A stretch of DNA of 64,000 nt from NCBI GenBank assembly GCA_963836205.1, contig CAWIIV010000013.1:16087-80086 (forward strand), read 5' to 3'. The notes under the pieces are model-generated. The model searched no databases. It was not told where the DNA came from and saw nothing but the letters and a program-made list of their open reading frames with translations. Below are positions 10,105 to 19,562 of this stretch, piece after piece; position 1 is the stretch's first letter; the number at the start of each line of letters is the position of its first letter. Position numbers and translations under genes: made by a program. Source of the stretch: an uncultured Acidimicrobiia bacterium (GTDB lineage: Bacteria; Actinomycetota; Acidimicrobiia; Acidimicrobiales; AC-14).

Positions 10105-11118
10105 ATGCTCGACGATCGCAAGGCAGCCATCCTCCGGGCCGTGGTCCAGGAGTACATCCAGACCGCGCAGCCGGTGGGCTCCGCCCACTTGGCGCGCAGC
10201 CACAGCCTGGGCGTTTCCCCCGCCACCGTCCGCAACGAGATGGCCGCCCTCGAGCGGGAGGGCTTCCTGGCCCACCCCCACACCAGCGCCGGGCGCATCC
10301 CCACCGACAAGGGCTACCGGTTCTTCGTCGACAACATCAGCGTGAGCACGCCCGCCGGCGCGCTGGAGCCGGCCCACAAGCAGCAGGTGCAGACCTTCTT
10401 CGCCCGGGCCCACGGCCAGCTGGAGGAGATGCTGCACGACACCAGCTGCCTGCTGTCCAGCCTCACCCACTACGCGGCCATGGTCCTGCCCCCCCACCAC
10501 GAGGACGCCACCGTGCGATCGGTGCAGATCGTGGCCCTGGGGGCGCGGGTGGCGCTGGTGGTGGCCGTCCTGTCCACCGGCGCCATCGAGAAGGCCACCC
10601 TCGAGCTCGACGACGGGGTGGGCGACGAGCAGCTGGCCGCGGCCGGTGCCCGGCTGGCGTCCCACCTGGTCGGATCGCCGATCGCCGACGACCGCACCAT
10701 CGCCTCCACCGGCAACGACGCCACCGACCGCCTGGTTGCGGCCGCCCGCAGCGGGCTCGTCGACCACCACAGGCGGGAGGCGGAGCAGGTCTACGTCGAC
10801 GGGGCGTCCCACATGGCGGCCACCTTCGAGGCGGTGGCCACCGTCCGCCAGGTCCTCACCATCCTCGAGCAGCAGTACGTGGTGGTCAGCCTGATGCGGG
10901 AGGCCCTCCACGACGACCGCCTCAACGTGGTCATCGGCACCGAGCACCGGGTGGAGTCCCTGGCCGAGTGCTCGATCATCGTCGCCCCCTACGAGGTCGA
11001 GGGGGGCCGGGCCGGCACCATCGGCGTCCTCGGCCCCACCCGCATGAACTACCCCCAGGCCATGGCCGCGGTGGCGGCTGTGAGCCAGCGCCTGGGCCGG
11101 GCCCTGAGCGAGAGCTGA
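10105..11118 (+). CDS. hrcA: Heat-inducible transcription repressor HrcA
   Basis: SPATVRNEM, HTSAGRIPTDKGYR, GPTRMNY. Confidence 0.97.
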   Translation: MLDDRKAAILRAVVQEYIQTAQPVGSAHLARSHSLGVSPATVRNEMAALEREGFLAHPHTSAGRIPTDKGYRFFVDNISVSTPAGALEPAHKQQVQTFFARAHGQLEEMLHDTSCLLSSLTHYAAMVLPPHHEDATVRSVQIVALGARVALVVAVLSTGAIEKATLELDDGVGDEQLAAAGARLASHLVGSPIADDRTIASTGNDATDRLVAAARSGLVDHHRREAEQVYVDGASHMAATFEAVATVRQVLTILEQQYVVVSLMREALHDDRLNVVIGTEHRVESLAECSIIVAPYEVEGGRAGTIGVLGPTRMNYPQAMAAVAAVSQRLGRALSES

Positions 11119-11125
11119 CACCGCC

Positions 11126-12271
11126 GTGGCCGACCAACCGGAGGACTTCTACGAGCTGCTCGGGGTGAGCCGCAACGCCACCGAGGACGAGCTCAAGAAG
11201 GCGTATCGAGCCCGGGCCCGGGAGCTGCACCCCGACGCCAACCCCGGCGACCCCCAGGCCGAGAACCGGTTCAAGCTGGTCACCGTCGCCTACGAGACCC
11301 TGCGCGACCCCGATCGCCGCCGCCGCTACGACACGCTCGGGCCCGAGGGGCTGCGGGGGGCGGGTGCCCCGGGCAGTGCCGGCTTCGACGACATCTTCGG
11401 CGCCAACCTGGGCGACATCTTCCAGTCGTTCTTCGGCGGGGGGTCGCCCTTCGGCAGCAGTGGGCGCCGCCAGGCGGGACCGCCCCGAGGCAACGACGTG
11501 GAGACCGCCATCCAACTCGACTTCCAGGAGGCGGTGTTCGGCGCGTCCCACGAGGTGCGGCTGCGGCTGCCGGTCACGTGCGAGACGTGCGCCGGCTCGG
11601 GCGCCAAGCCCGGCACCGGCCCCGTCACCTGCTCCCAGTGCGAGGGCACGGGCGAGGTGCGCCGCACCCGGCAGTCGATCCTGGGCCAGATGATCACGTC
11701 CAGCCCGTGCCCCCGCTGCGGCGGCGTGGGCGAGATGGTCACGTCACCCTGCCCCGACTGCCGGGGCGACGGCCGCCGCACCGAGGAGCGCAGCTACACC
11801 GTCGACGTCCCCGCCGGGGTCGACGACGGGAGCACGCTCAAGGTCAGCGGCCGGGGGGCGGCCGGGCCCCGGGGCGGTGCACCGGGCGACCTCTACGTCC
11901 ACCTGCGGGTGCGGCCCGACGAGCGCTTCGTGCGCCAGGGCAACGACCTGGTCCACGTCCTCCACGTCCCGATGGCCCAGGCCGCCCTGGGCGCGGTCAT
12001 CCACTACGAGACGCTCGACGGCACCGAGGACCTGGTCATCCCCAAGGGCACCCAGCCGGGGCGGGTGTTCCGCCTGCGCAGCCGGGGTGTGCCCCGCATC
12101 GGCGGCGGCGGCAGCCGGGGCGACCTGCTGGTGCAGGTGGTGGTCGACACGCCCACCGACCTGTCCAAGGAGCAGGAGGAGCTGCTGCGGCTGCTGGCCA
12201 CGGCCCGGGGCGAGGACGTGGCCCCGCCCGACACCGGCTTCCTGGCCCGGGTCCGCTCGGCCTTCAAGTAG
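11126..12271 (+). CDS. dnaJ: Chaperone DnaJ
   Basis: J domain with HPD, G/F region, four CxxCxGxG repeats. Confidence 0.97.
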   Translation: MADQPEDFYELLGVSRNATEDELKKAYRARARELHPDANPGDPQAENRFKLVTVAYETLRDPDRRRRYDTLGPEGLRGAGAPGSAGFDDIFGANLGDIFQSFFGGGSPFGSSGRRQAGPPRGNDVETAIQLDFQEAVFGASHEVRLRLPVTCETCAGSGAKPGTGPVTCSQCEGTGEVRRTRQSILGQMITSSPCPRCGGVGEMVTSPCPDCRGDGRRTEERSYTVDVPAGVDDGSTLKVSGRGAAGPRGGAPGDLYVHLRVRPDERFVRQGNDLVHVLHVPMAQAALGAVIHYETLDGTEDLVIPKGTQPGRVFRLRSRGVPRIGGGGSRGDLLVQVVVDTPTDLSKEQEELLRLLATARGEDVAPPDTGFLARVRSAFK

Positions 12272-12274
12272 CCC

Positions 12275-12965
12275 GTGGCGGGTGCCGTCGCGCACGTCTT
12301 CGTGCCCGACCTCGCCGCCCCCGAGGTGGACGCGGGCGACCGGCACCACCTCGAGCGGGTGCTGCGGCTGCGTACAGGCGAGGCGGTGACCGCGTCGGAC
12401 GGGGCGGGGCGGTGGGTGGCGTGCCGGTGGGTCGGCGGCGCCGCGCTGGAGGTCGACGGCGAGGTGGTCGTCGAGCCGGCGCCGAGTGCCGCTGGTGACG
12501 GTTGCGTTCTCGCCGGTGAAGGGCGACCGGCCGGAGTGGGCGGTGCAGAAGCTCACCGAGCTGGGCGTCGACCGCATCGTCCCCCTGGCGGCGGCCCGGT
12601 CGGTGGTGCGGTGGACGGGCGATCGGGGCGCGGCGGCGGTGGAGCGGTGGCGGCGGGTGGCCCGGGAGGCGGCCATGCAGAGCCGGCGGTCGTGGCTGCC
12701 GGTGGTGGATCCGGCAGTGGCGTTCGGGGTCGCGTCGGGGTGGCCGGGGGCGGCGTTGGCGGTGGCGGGGGGCGACCCGCCGTCGCTCGACCACCCGGTG
12801 GTGCTGGTGGGGCCGGAAGGGGGATGGGACCCGTCGGCCGAGCTCGGTGCGGGCCTGCCCACCGTGGGCCTGGGGCCGAACGTGCTGCGGACGGAGACGG
12901 CGGCGGTGGCGGCGGGGACACTGCTGGTGGCCCTGCGCAGCGGGCTGCTAGCCCCCCACCGGTGA
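12275..12965 (+). CDS. rsmE: 16S rRNA m3U1498 methyltransferase RsmE, frameshift near 12485
   Basis: HHLERVLRL in one frame; VQKLTELG, EAAMQSRR, VGPEGG, LRTETA in the next; follows dnaJ. Confidence 0.9.
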
Positions 12966-13475
12966 GGCGCAGGCCTCGGCCGACTGCGGGCCCTCCACGC
13001 CCGCGCTCGTCACCGCGCTGACCTTGTAGCAGCGGGGGCCGGGGTCGGGCTCGGTGGACGGCCAGTACTGGTAGTCGGGGGCGTCGACGACCCCCAGCCG
13101 GCCCGGCTCGATGGGCGGGATCGTCGCCGGGATGGTGACCGGCGCCAGGTTCGTCCCGTCCGCCCGACGCTTGTAGGCCTTGTAGGCGACGACGTCGGCC
13201 GACGCCGATAGCGGGAGCCACGTGAGCACCGTCTCCCCACTGCCCCCGCCCGTGGAGGCGGTGACGCCCGTCACCTGGGGCGGGACGGCGCCGGGCGCGG
13301 CGGTGGTGCTCGGGGCGACTGTGGTGGCTGTGGATCCGGAGGTCGTGGTGGCCGCGGCCACCGAGCTCGAGGTGGTGGTCGACGGGCCGCCGCCGTCGTC
13401 GTCGGTACACCCGGCCCCGACCAGCGTGGCCGCCAGCAGGCCGACCACCGCCCGGCGCCTGTGCGTCCGTCCCAT
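12948..13475 (-). CDS. Putative lipoprotein with Fn3-like domain
   Basis: Lipobox GAGC, Ser/Thr linker, W...Y...YKVSAV...EG pattern. Confidence 0.65.
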   Translation of the reverse strand: MGRTHRRRAVVGLLAATLVGAGCTDDDGGGPSTTTSSSVAAATTTSGSTATTVAPSTTAAPGAVPPQVTGVTASTGGGSGETVLTWLPLSASADVVAYKAYKRRADGTNLAPVTIPATIPPIEPGRLGVVDAPDYQYWPSTEPDPGPRCYKVSAVTSAGVEGPQSAEACASPVGG

Positions 13476-13513
13476 GCCGTTGCCTCCCGCGCTCCGATGG
13501 CGTGGGACGCTAC

Positions 13514-13528
13514 GTTACCGACGGTCAC
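13514..13528. promoter_or_regulatory. Candidate BldD-box palindrome overlapping a -10-like TACGTT
   Basis: GTTACCGACGGTCAC fits the TNAC-N5-GTNA core, upstream of the bldD-like gene. Confidence 0.45.
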
Positions 13529-13621
13529 GGTCCGCGGGGCGACGGTCACGGAGGGAGATTGCCGTGGTGACGGAGAGCGAGATAATGTGACGCGGCCGGC
13601 GACAGGAGAGGGGGCTCGGTC

Positions 13622-14186
13622 GTGGACGAGGACACCGAGCTGGTAGGCGCGTCGCAGACCTACGCCCGCCGGGTCGGCCAGCGCCTGCGGGCCATCCGCC
13701 GGCAGAAGCGACTGTCGCTTGCAAGAGGTCGAGGCCGCGTCCGACCAGGAGTTCAAGGCGTCGGTGCTGGGCGCCTACGAGCGGGGCGAGCGGGTCATCT
13801 CCGTCCCCCGCCTGCAACGGCTGGCCGACTTCTACAGCGTCCCCGTCGACCAGCTGCTCCCCCGGGAGGGTGAGGCGCCGGCGGCGGCGTCCACCGGCGA
13901 CGGTGGAGGCGAGGCGGCGGAGGGAGGGCGCTCGGTGCCGTCGGCGGGCTCTCCCCGCAAGATCACGTTCGACCTCTCCCGGTTCGAGGCCATCGAGGCC
14001 GACCCGGAGGTGGAGATGGTGCACAAGTACCTGTCGAGCATCCAGGTGCTGCGCCAGGACTTCAACGGCCGGGTCCTCACCATCCGCCACGACGACATCC
14101 GGGCCATCGCCGGCCTCTTCGGCACCGACGCCGACGCCTTGGTCCGGCGACTCGACGACCTCCAACTCCGCCTGACACCGGCGTAG
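13622..14186 (+). CDS. bldD: BldD-like XRE regulator with c-di-GMP-binding CTD, frameshift near 13718
   Basis: LRAIRRQKRLSL/QEVE...KASVLGAYERGERVISVPRLQRLADFY; CTD RQD-X8-RHDD. Confidence 0.8.
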
Positions 14187-14196
14187 TATCGTCGTC

Positions 14197-14385
14197 ATGG
14201 CGAACGAGCCGGGACGACTCGACACCCCGTTGCTCGACGAGTGGATCGCGGAGGTTGGTGAGGATGGTGTTGCCGCCGAGGTCCGCTCGACCGAGCGCGC
14301 TGTCAGCGCGGGACTGATCCCAAGCCACGGCGATGCGATCTCCCTCCTGCGCTCTTGGAGGCGGGGTCGGCGCCAGTCGGCGTGA
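14197..14385 (+). CDS. Small putative antitoxin
   Basis: 62 aa, GTGA overlap with the next gene; TAGTAT-N7-ATG leaderless geometry. Confidence 0.5.
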   Translation: MANEPGRLDTPLLDEWIAEVGEDGVAAEVRSTERAVSAGLIPSHGDAISLLRSWRRGRRQSA

Positions 14386-14633
14386 CCTGGCGGGTCGCAA
14401 CGGGCGAGCGCGCCTGGTCTGACATCGAGCGCTTCGACGAAGCAGACCAGGCAGCCATCGCGGACGCTCTCTTTGCCTGGCTGGAGCGTGGCCCTCCTCG
14501 GGGAGAGTCCCGCGTTGTCGGTGGTGTCGAGGTGTTCGAAGTCGAGATCGCCTCGGGTTTCCGAGCGACATACTTCGTCAAGGAATCGGAACGATACGTG
14601 GCTGTCTTCCGCGTGCGACACGTGCCCGGATGA
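14382..14633 (+). CDS. Putative RelE/ParE-like toxin
   Basis: WRVATGERAWSDI at the N-terminus, FRATY...VAVFRVRH at the C-terminus. Confidence 0.55.
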   Translation: MTWRVATGERAWSDIERFDEADQAAIADALFAWLERGPPRGESRVVGGVEVFEVEIASGFRATYFVKESERYVAVFRVRHVPG

Positions 14634-14650
14634 ACGATTCGGTGGCGCGG

Positions 14651-15387
14651 TCACGTTTCGCTTGACGGCGCAGGCACGGGAACGGCGAAGACCTGGCCCG
14701 GGAAGATCAAATCGGCGTTGCCCGGGTCGGCCAACTCGGCTCGGTTGGCCTCGACCAGGCGGAGCCAGTAGGGGACGATCTCGGCGTCCGTGGGTGCTCG
14801 ACCCCAGGAGCGGTGGAGCACGTCGTCGGCGATGGTCCAGAAGCAGTCGCCCGGTTGGACGGTCCACCGGTCGGAGACGTCGACATCGGCTCGTTGGGCG
14901 GGGGGCGGTGGCGAGTCGGATGGGGGGAGGCGGACCATGGTGATCGTCGTCGGCGCGGTCGGCACCGACGTCGCGGGCTGGCGACGGAGGTGGCGGTGGC
15001 CGGCTGGGCGGCGGCCGCGGCCAAGGTGCCGGAGGGGCCGATCCCGGCCAGGGTGAGGGTGAGCGAACCCGCGAGGAGATGACGGATGGGGGCGACCGTT
15101 ACCCGGTCGGCGACCGCCACCAGAAGGTCGGCCCGGAACAGGCGGAGGAGGGCGCCGACGACGGTGGCGCCGGCCAGGTACCAGCTCCCGGCCACCGCCA
15201 GCAGCCGGAGGATGGCGAAGCCGGCCTCGGCCGGCTCCCGTGCCTCAACCCACGCCTGCCACCGGGACGGAGCGCCGAGCGGGGGCGGCGAGAGGGCGCC
15301 GTGCCCGCTGGCCGACAGGGCGAGCAGGGCCATCCCGATGCCGATCGTCCACGCCGCGGGGTGGACGAGCCGCCCGGTACGGCTCAC
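14651..15387 (-). CDS. Membrane-anchored LysM-domain protein, frameshift near 14975
   Basis: N-terminal TM helices; C-terminal WTVQPGDCFWTIA...N...DLIFPGQ. Confidence 0.75.
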
Positions 15388-16787
15388 GGTGTGGGCCGGG
15401 GCAGGCGGACGACCTGTGGCGGCAGCTCACCTCGCTCGACCACCAGCTCGTGGCACCCGTCCCGGTCGACGTCGGCGGCCCGCACCGCCTGGCCTCCGGG
15501 CACCCTCGCCACCGCCGCACCCGTGACCGACTCCCGGGTGCCCACCGCCCATCCGTCGAAGCGGAACACCTCGCCGGTGGACGGCCGCAGGACCACGACT
15601 GTGCGGCTGCCCCGGCACGACCAGTCTCCGGTGGCGATCTGGTCGCCCGCCCGACCGACTTCCCATCGCAGCCCTGCTCCCTCGAGGATCCCGTCGGCGT
15701 AGCGGAGGGCGTCGAGGCAGCCATCGCCGTCGACGTCGGCGAGAAGGATTGCCGCCGGGGCGGGGCAATCGGGTCGCCGGCGCGGGGATGGTGCTCGACG
15801 AGGGCGGCGGCGCGGCGGTAGTGGTGGTCGACGACGACAGTCGGGTGGATGGCGTCGGCACGGTGGCCGACGTCAGCCCGGTCTCGTCGGCCGCGGGCGA
15901 CGACCACGGTGCCGACGACGAGCAGCGCGGCCGCGGCAATGGCGACTGCTCCGGCCAGCGCCGATCGCCCCGGAAACCGTCGCCGACGAGGTGTCGCCAA
16001 CCGGCGAGAGGGTCGCCGGACGTCACCCGGCGGTACCGGTGCGTCGCCCGGGTACGCCGGCTGCCCGACGCCGACCTGCTCGCCAGCCTCGGTCTGCCGG
16101 TGGGTGCCAAGCAGGACGCGGCGGGACCGGCTCTCGACGGGCAGCGCCGCTCGCCGTCGGCGGCCGCGGTCGACCCGGGCGCCGGCGACCAACGACCGCA
16201 GATCGTGTGCGGGGTCGACGCCGTTCGTCGCCGACCGTGGTGGCGAGGGCAGGCGCGGCTTCCGGGACCGCCGCCGCGATCTCAGCCGCGACCTCCTGGG
16301 CCGATGGCCGGGCGGCGGGGTCCTCGGAGATGGCCGCCTCTGCGATGCGGCGCAACGGGCGGGCCTCGGGCCCGGTGGCCAGCCGGCGGAGGAGACGGCC
16401 GAGGGCGGCCACGTCGGTGGACGGTTGGAGCTCGTCGCCGGCCCGCCCGGCCGACCCGAACCCGCAGAGGATCGGCCGCCCGTCGGATGCGATCAGGACG
16501 TGTTCGGGGCGGACCGCGCCGTGGACGAGGCCCAGCTGGTGGAGGTCGGCGAGAGTCGTGGCCAGGGACCCGGCCAGCCCCGCCACCTCCTCGACCGCCA
16601 GCGGCAACGGCGTCGCCAGCGTCGGTCCGTCGACGAGCACGGTCACCAGCACCGGCCGCTCGGCGCTGCCCTCCACCCCCACCACCTCGATGACGCCCGG
16701 GTGGCGGGCCGCGGTCAGCAGCTCGGCCTGTAGGCGGATGCCCTCCGCACCACCCGGCCCAGAGGCGACCTTACGGTGTATTTCCAT
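15384..16787 (-). CDS. Ser/Thr kinase-like (degenerate) membrane protein with C-terminal DxDxDG motifs; about three frame switches
   Basis: HPGVI, LHQLGLVHGAVRPEHVL, LCGFG, DVAALG, DPAARPSA; a TM segment; ADVDGDGC and ADVDRDGC. Confidence 0.65.
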
Positions 16788-16796
16788 AGTATTCCA

Positions 16797-17372
16797 CTAT
16801 AGACCACAGGATCCGGCTGTCGCATCCTGTTCGGGGCCCGCCACCGACGTGGCCCGCACCGACGCCGCGTCCGGTCCGCCGGGGAGGGCCTTGGCGAACA
16901 CGTACGACACCTGGGAGGAGGCGGACACCCGCACCGTCCACGGGCAGCCGGCCCGCGCCGGCGGGCTGGCGCTGGCCTGCACCTCCAGTCCCTGGTGGCG
17001 GGACTCGTCGATGGCCAGCCGAACCCGTTCGATCGCCACCGCCTCGACCGCGGCCGGGTCGAGCGCGATGCGGTCGTCGCGGTAGAACGCCTGGCCGTCG
17101 ACGCCCTCGCCGGCGGCGTCGTTGGCCGCGGCCGCGGTCGCGTTGGCCAGCTCCCGCTGGGCGAGGAAGGCGATCGACGAGTCGACCGTGATCGCGGCCA
17201 GGACCATCACGATCAGCACCGCCGCCGGGAAGAGGAGCAGGACGCTGCCTCGCTGGCCGGGCCGCTCAGCCACGGCCGGCCCCGCCCGCGACTGCCGAGC
17301 GCAACCGGTGGCCCGGCCGCCGGCCAAAGCCACACCGGCCGACGGCCAAAGGACGCCGGCCCGCCCGCTCAC
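16797..17372 (-). CDS. TadG/TadE-like pseudopilin
   Basis: QRGSVLLLFP prepilin motif, LANATAAAANDAA. Confidence 0.75.
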   Translation of the reverse strand: MSGRAGVLWPSAGVALAGGRATGCARQSRAGPAVAERPGQRGSVLLLFPAAVLIVMVLAAITVDSSIAFLAQRELANATAAAANDAAGEGVDGQAFYRDDRIALDPAAVEAVAIERVRLAIDESRHQGLEVQASASPPARAGCPWTVRVSASSQVSYVFAKALPGGPDAASVRATSVAGPEQDATAGSCGL

Positions 17373-17896
17373 CCACGGTCGCATCGCGCCGCGGCCGAGG
17401 GGACGCCGTCGCGGTAGGGGTCGACGACCTCGGCGTGGCGGGCGGCGGCGGTGAAGCCGGCCCCCCCGCCGCCGATGAACGGCAGGCCCACCGCCGGCAC
17501 CTGGTACCGGGCCTCGAACCGGACGACCTGGCAGCGGGTGAAGCCGGACTCAAGCGCCTGCAACTCCATCCGGTCGGGATCGCGGCCATGTCCCCGCACC
17601 GCCTCCCGGGCCGCGGCCTCGGCCCGCGCCATTGGGTCGGACCCCTCCGGGGCTTCGACGTAGGCCCGGGTGGCCTCCCGGGCGGCGGCCGACATCGCCA
17701 TCTTGGCGTCGATCACCGCCCACCCGTTGGCCGCCAGCAGGACGCCGACCACGAACGTCAGCAGCCCGAACACGATCGCCTCCAGCCCCGCCGCCTGCCC
17801 CGACTCGCCCCGCCCCGACTCGCCCCGCCCCGACTCGCCCTGCCCCGACTCGCCCCGGCCCGAATCGCCCCGGCCCGACTCGCCCCGCCCCGTCAC
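17369..17896 (-). CDS. TadE-like pseudopilin
   Basis: ESGQ+hydrophobic helix, AAAREATR. Confidence 0.75.
   Translation of the reverse strand: MTGRGESGRGDSGRGESGQGESGRGESGRGESGQAAGLEAIVFGLLTFVVGVLLAANGWAVIDAKMAMSAAAREATRAYVEAPEGSDPMARAEAAAREAVRGHGRDPDRMELQALESGFTRCQVVRFEARYQVPAVGLPFIGGGGAGFTAAARHAEVVDPYRDGVPSAAARCDRG
17797..17890 (-). repeat. About six copies of a 15-bp tandem repeat encoding GRGES
   Basis: cccgactcgccccgc units. Confidence 0.9.
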
Positions 17897-18390
17897 CGTT
17901 CAGATCCAGTCGGAACGTCGGTCTGCTGGAACGCCTCCACCCGCACCCGGATCGTGCGGTCGATCTGGTCGAACGCCAACGGCCCCGCCATCGCCGGCAA
18001 CAGCCGCGTCGGGTTCTGCGCCCGCACCGAGAGGACCACGAACTCCCCGCCCGACCCGCTCCAATCGAACGTCACTCGCTCCCCGTACCGCCCGAGCGCC
18101 CGCCGGGCGTCCGCCTCCGCCTGGGCCACGTTCCCGGTCCCGCCATCTGCCACCGCCACCCGTCGGGCCGCGTCGTACGCGACCGCGGTGACCACCGAGG
18201 TCGCGTACAAGTTGAACAACGCCTGCACCGCGAACAGCAGCAATCCCAGAAAGACCAGGAGGGCCAACCAGGACGAAATGGGACCGCTCCCGCGCTCCGA
18301 GCGGAAAAGGGCCGTCCGAGCCGACCACGAGCACGACCGCCACTGCCCGCAGGCGGCTCGGACGAATCCTCGCCGGGCCAGGCCCGGCAC
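17893..18390 (-). CDS. TadE-like pseudopilin
   Basis: ERGSG+TM helix, AYDAARRVA; GGAGG before GTG. Confidence 0.75.
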   Translation of the reverse strand: MPGLARRGFVRAACGQWRSCSWSARTALFRSERGSGPISSWLALLVFLGLLLFAVQALFNLYATSVVTAVAYDAARRVAVADGGTGNVAQAEADARRALGRYGERVTFDWSGSGGEFVVLSVRAQNPTRLLPAMAGPLAFDQIDRTIRVRVEAFQQTDVPTGSER

Positions 18391-18397
18391 CCTCCGC

Positions 18398-18610
18398 CTA
18401 CCTTCCGATGGAGTCGATCTGGGTCGACGTCTGGCTGCTGGCATTGCCCCAGATGTTCTGGAACCCGACCCACATGAGCGCGCCCAGGGCGGCGAAGATC
18501 AGCACCGCGATGGCGGAGGAGACCACGCCTTCACCGCGCTCGTCGCGGGCGGTCACCGTGGTCGTGAGGCACCGGGCCCAGACGTAGGCCCGCATGAGCT
18601 GCTCCTGCAA
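18398..18610 (-). CDS. Flp-type major pilin
   Basis: 70 aa, RDERGEG+hydrophobic helix; strong AAAGGAG RBS with TTG start. Confidence 0.8.
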   Translation of the reverse strand: MQEQLMRAYVWARCLTTTVTARDERGEGVVSSAIAVLIFAALGALMWVGFQNIWGNASSQTSTQIDSIGR

Positions 18611-18644
18611 TTTGAAACTCCTTTCGCGTGTTACGACTCGTTTG

Positions 18645-19562
18645 TTAGGACGACGAGAAGAGGCTGAGTGCCTCGAGGAACGGGATGGCGATGAAGACCA
18701 CCCCCGGCAGGAGGGCGGCGATGGTGACCGGGATCCACACCTGTTGGCCCCGGCGTTCGGCGGTCTCGATCAGGCGCCGTTGAAGGTCGCGGCGGATGGC
18801 CCGAGCCTCCTCCGACAGCAGCCGGCCGAGGTCGCTCGCCTCCCGGTTGAGGGCGAGCACCGGCAGCAGCCGATGGAGGGCCTCGACATCGGCCACCGCG
18901 GCCCATTCCCGCAGGGCTTCCGTCTCGGTGAGCCCCTGGCGGAGGCGGGCGCACACCCGGCCCAGGTCGGAGGCGGCCGCACCCCGTCCTCGGGCCGCCA
19001 ACCGGTTGAGGGCTGCGCCCAGCGAGTAGCCGGCGGACAGGAGCATGGCCAGCTGCTCGGCCACCACCGGCAACTCCACCATCAGCCGCCGCTTCCACTG
19101 CTCGGACGCCGATGCCACCTGCTGCTCGACGATGAGGAACGCCAGCAGCGGCCCGCCCAGGACGAACAGCAGGGCCACCACCGCCGGCGGCCGGGCAGTA
19201 GCGGCCAGCATCGAGCCGACGACGAATCCGACGCCGCTCCATCCGAGCTGACGGACCCGGAAGGCGGTGACGTCGAGCGGTGAATGGATGCGCTGCAACC
19301 GGGTGGCGAGGTCCTCGGTGACGCCGAACACGGCCGCCACCCGCTCGCCCAGGGCCCGGCTCAAGGGCCGGATGACCTCCCGGAACGACTCCACCGACAG
19401 CACGCCCTCGCGCCGCCGCCGAGCGCCCAGGCCGCCGGGGGAGTACGGCCGTAGGCGCTCGACGAGGGTGGGACGGGCGAACCAGCGCAGCTCGGAGAGC
19501 ACCAGCGTCGTGCCCGCCCACAGGGCCAGCCCCAACGCGACGGCGAGGCGGGCGTCAGTCAA
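18645..19562 (-). CDS. tadC: Tad pilus platform protein TadC (T2SSF domain)
   Basis: ELPVVAEQLAMLLSAG; TM helices; operon position. Confidence 0.82.
   Translation of the reverse strand: MTDARLAVALGLALWAGTTLVLSELRWFARPTLVERLRPYSPGGLGARRRREGVLSVESFREVIRPLSRALGERVAAVFGVTEDLATRLQRIHSPLDVTAFRVRQLGWSGVGFVVGSMLAATARPPAVVALLFVLGGPLLAFLIVEQQVASASEQWKRRLMVELPVVAEQLAMLLSAGYSLGAALNRLAARGRGAAASDLGRVCARLRQGLTETEALREWAAVADVEALHRLLPVLALNREASDLGRLLSEEARAIRRDLQRRLIETAERRGQQVWIPVTIAALLPGVVFIAIPFLEALSLFSSS

Noticed and set aside
17797-17890. CRISPR array (also considered for 2861-3097 and 35110-35166)
   Set aside because: These are contiguous coding tandem repeats without unique spacers.
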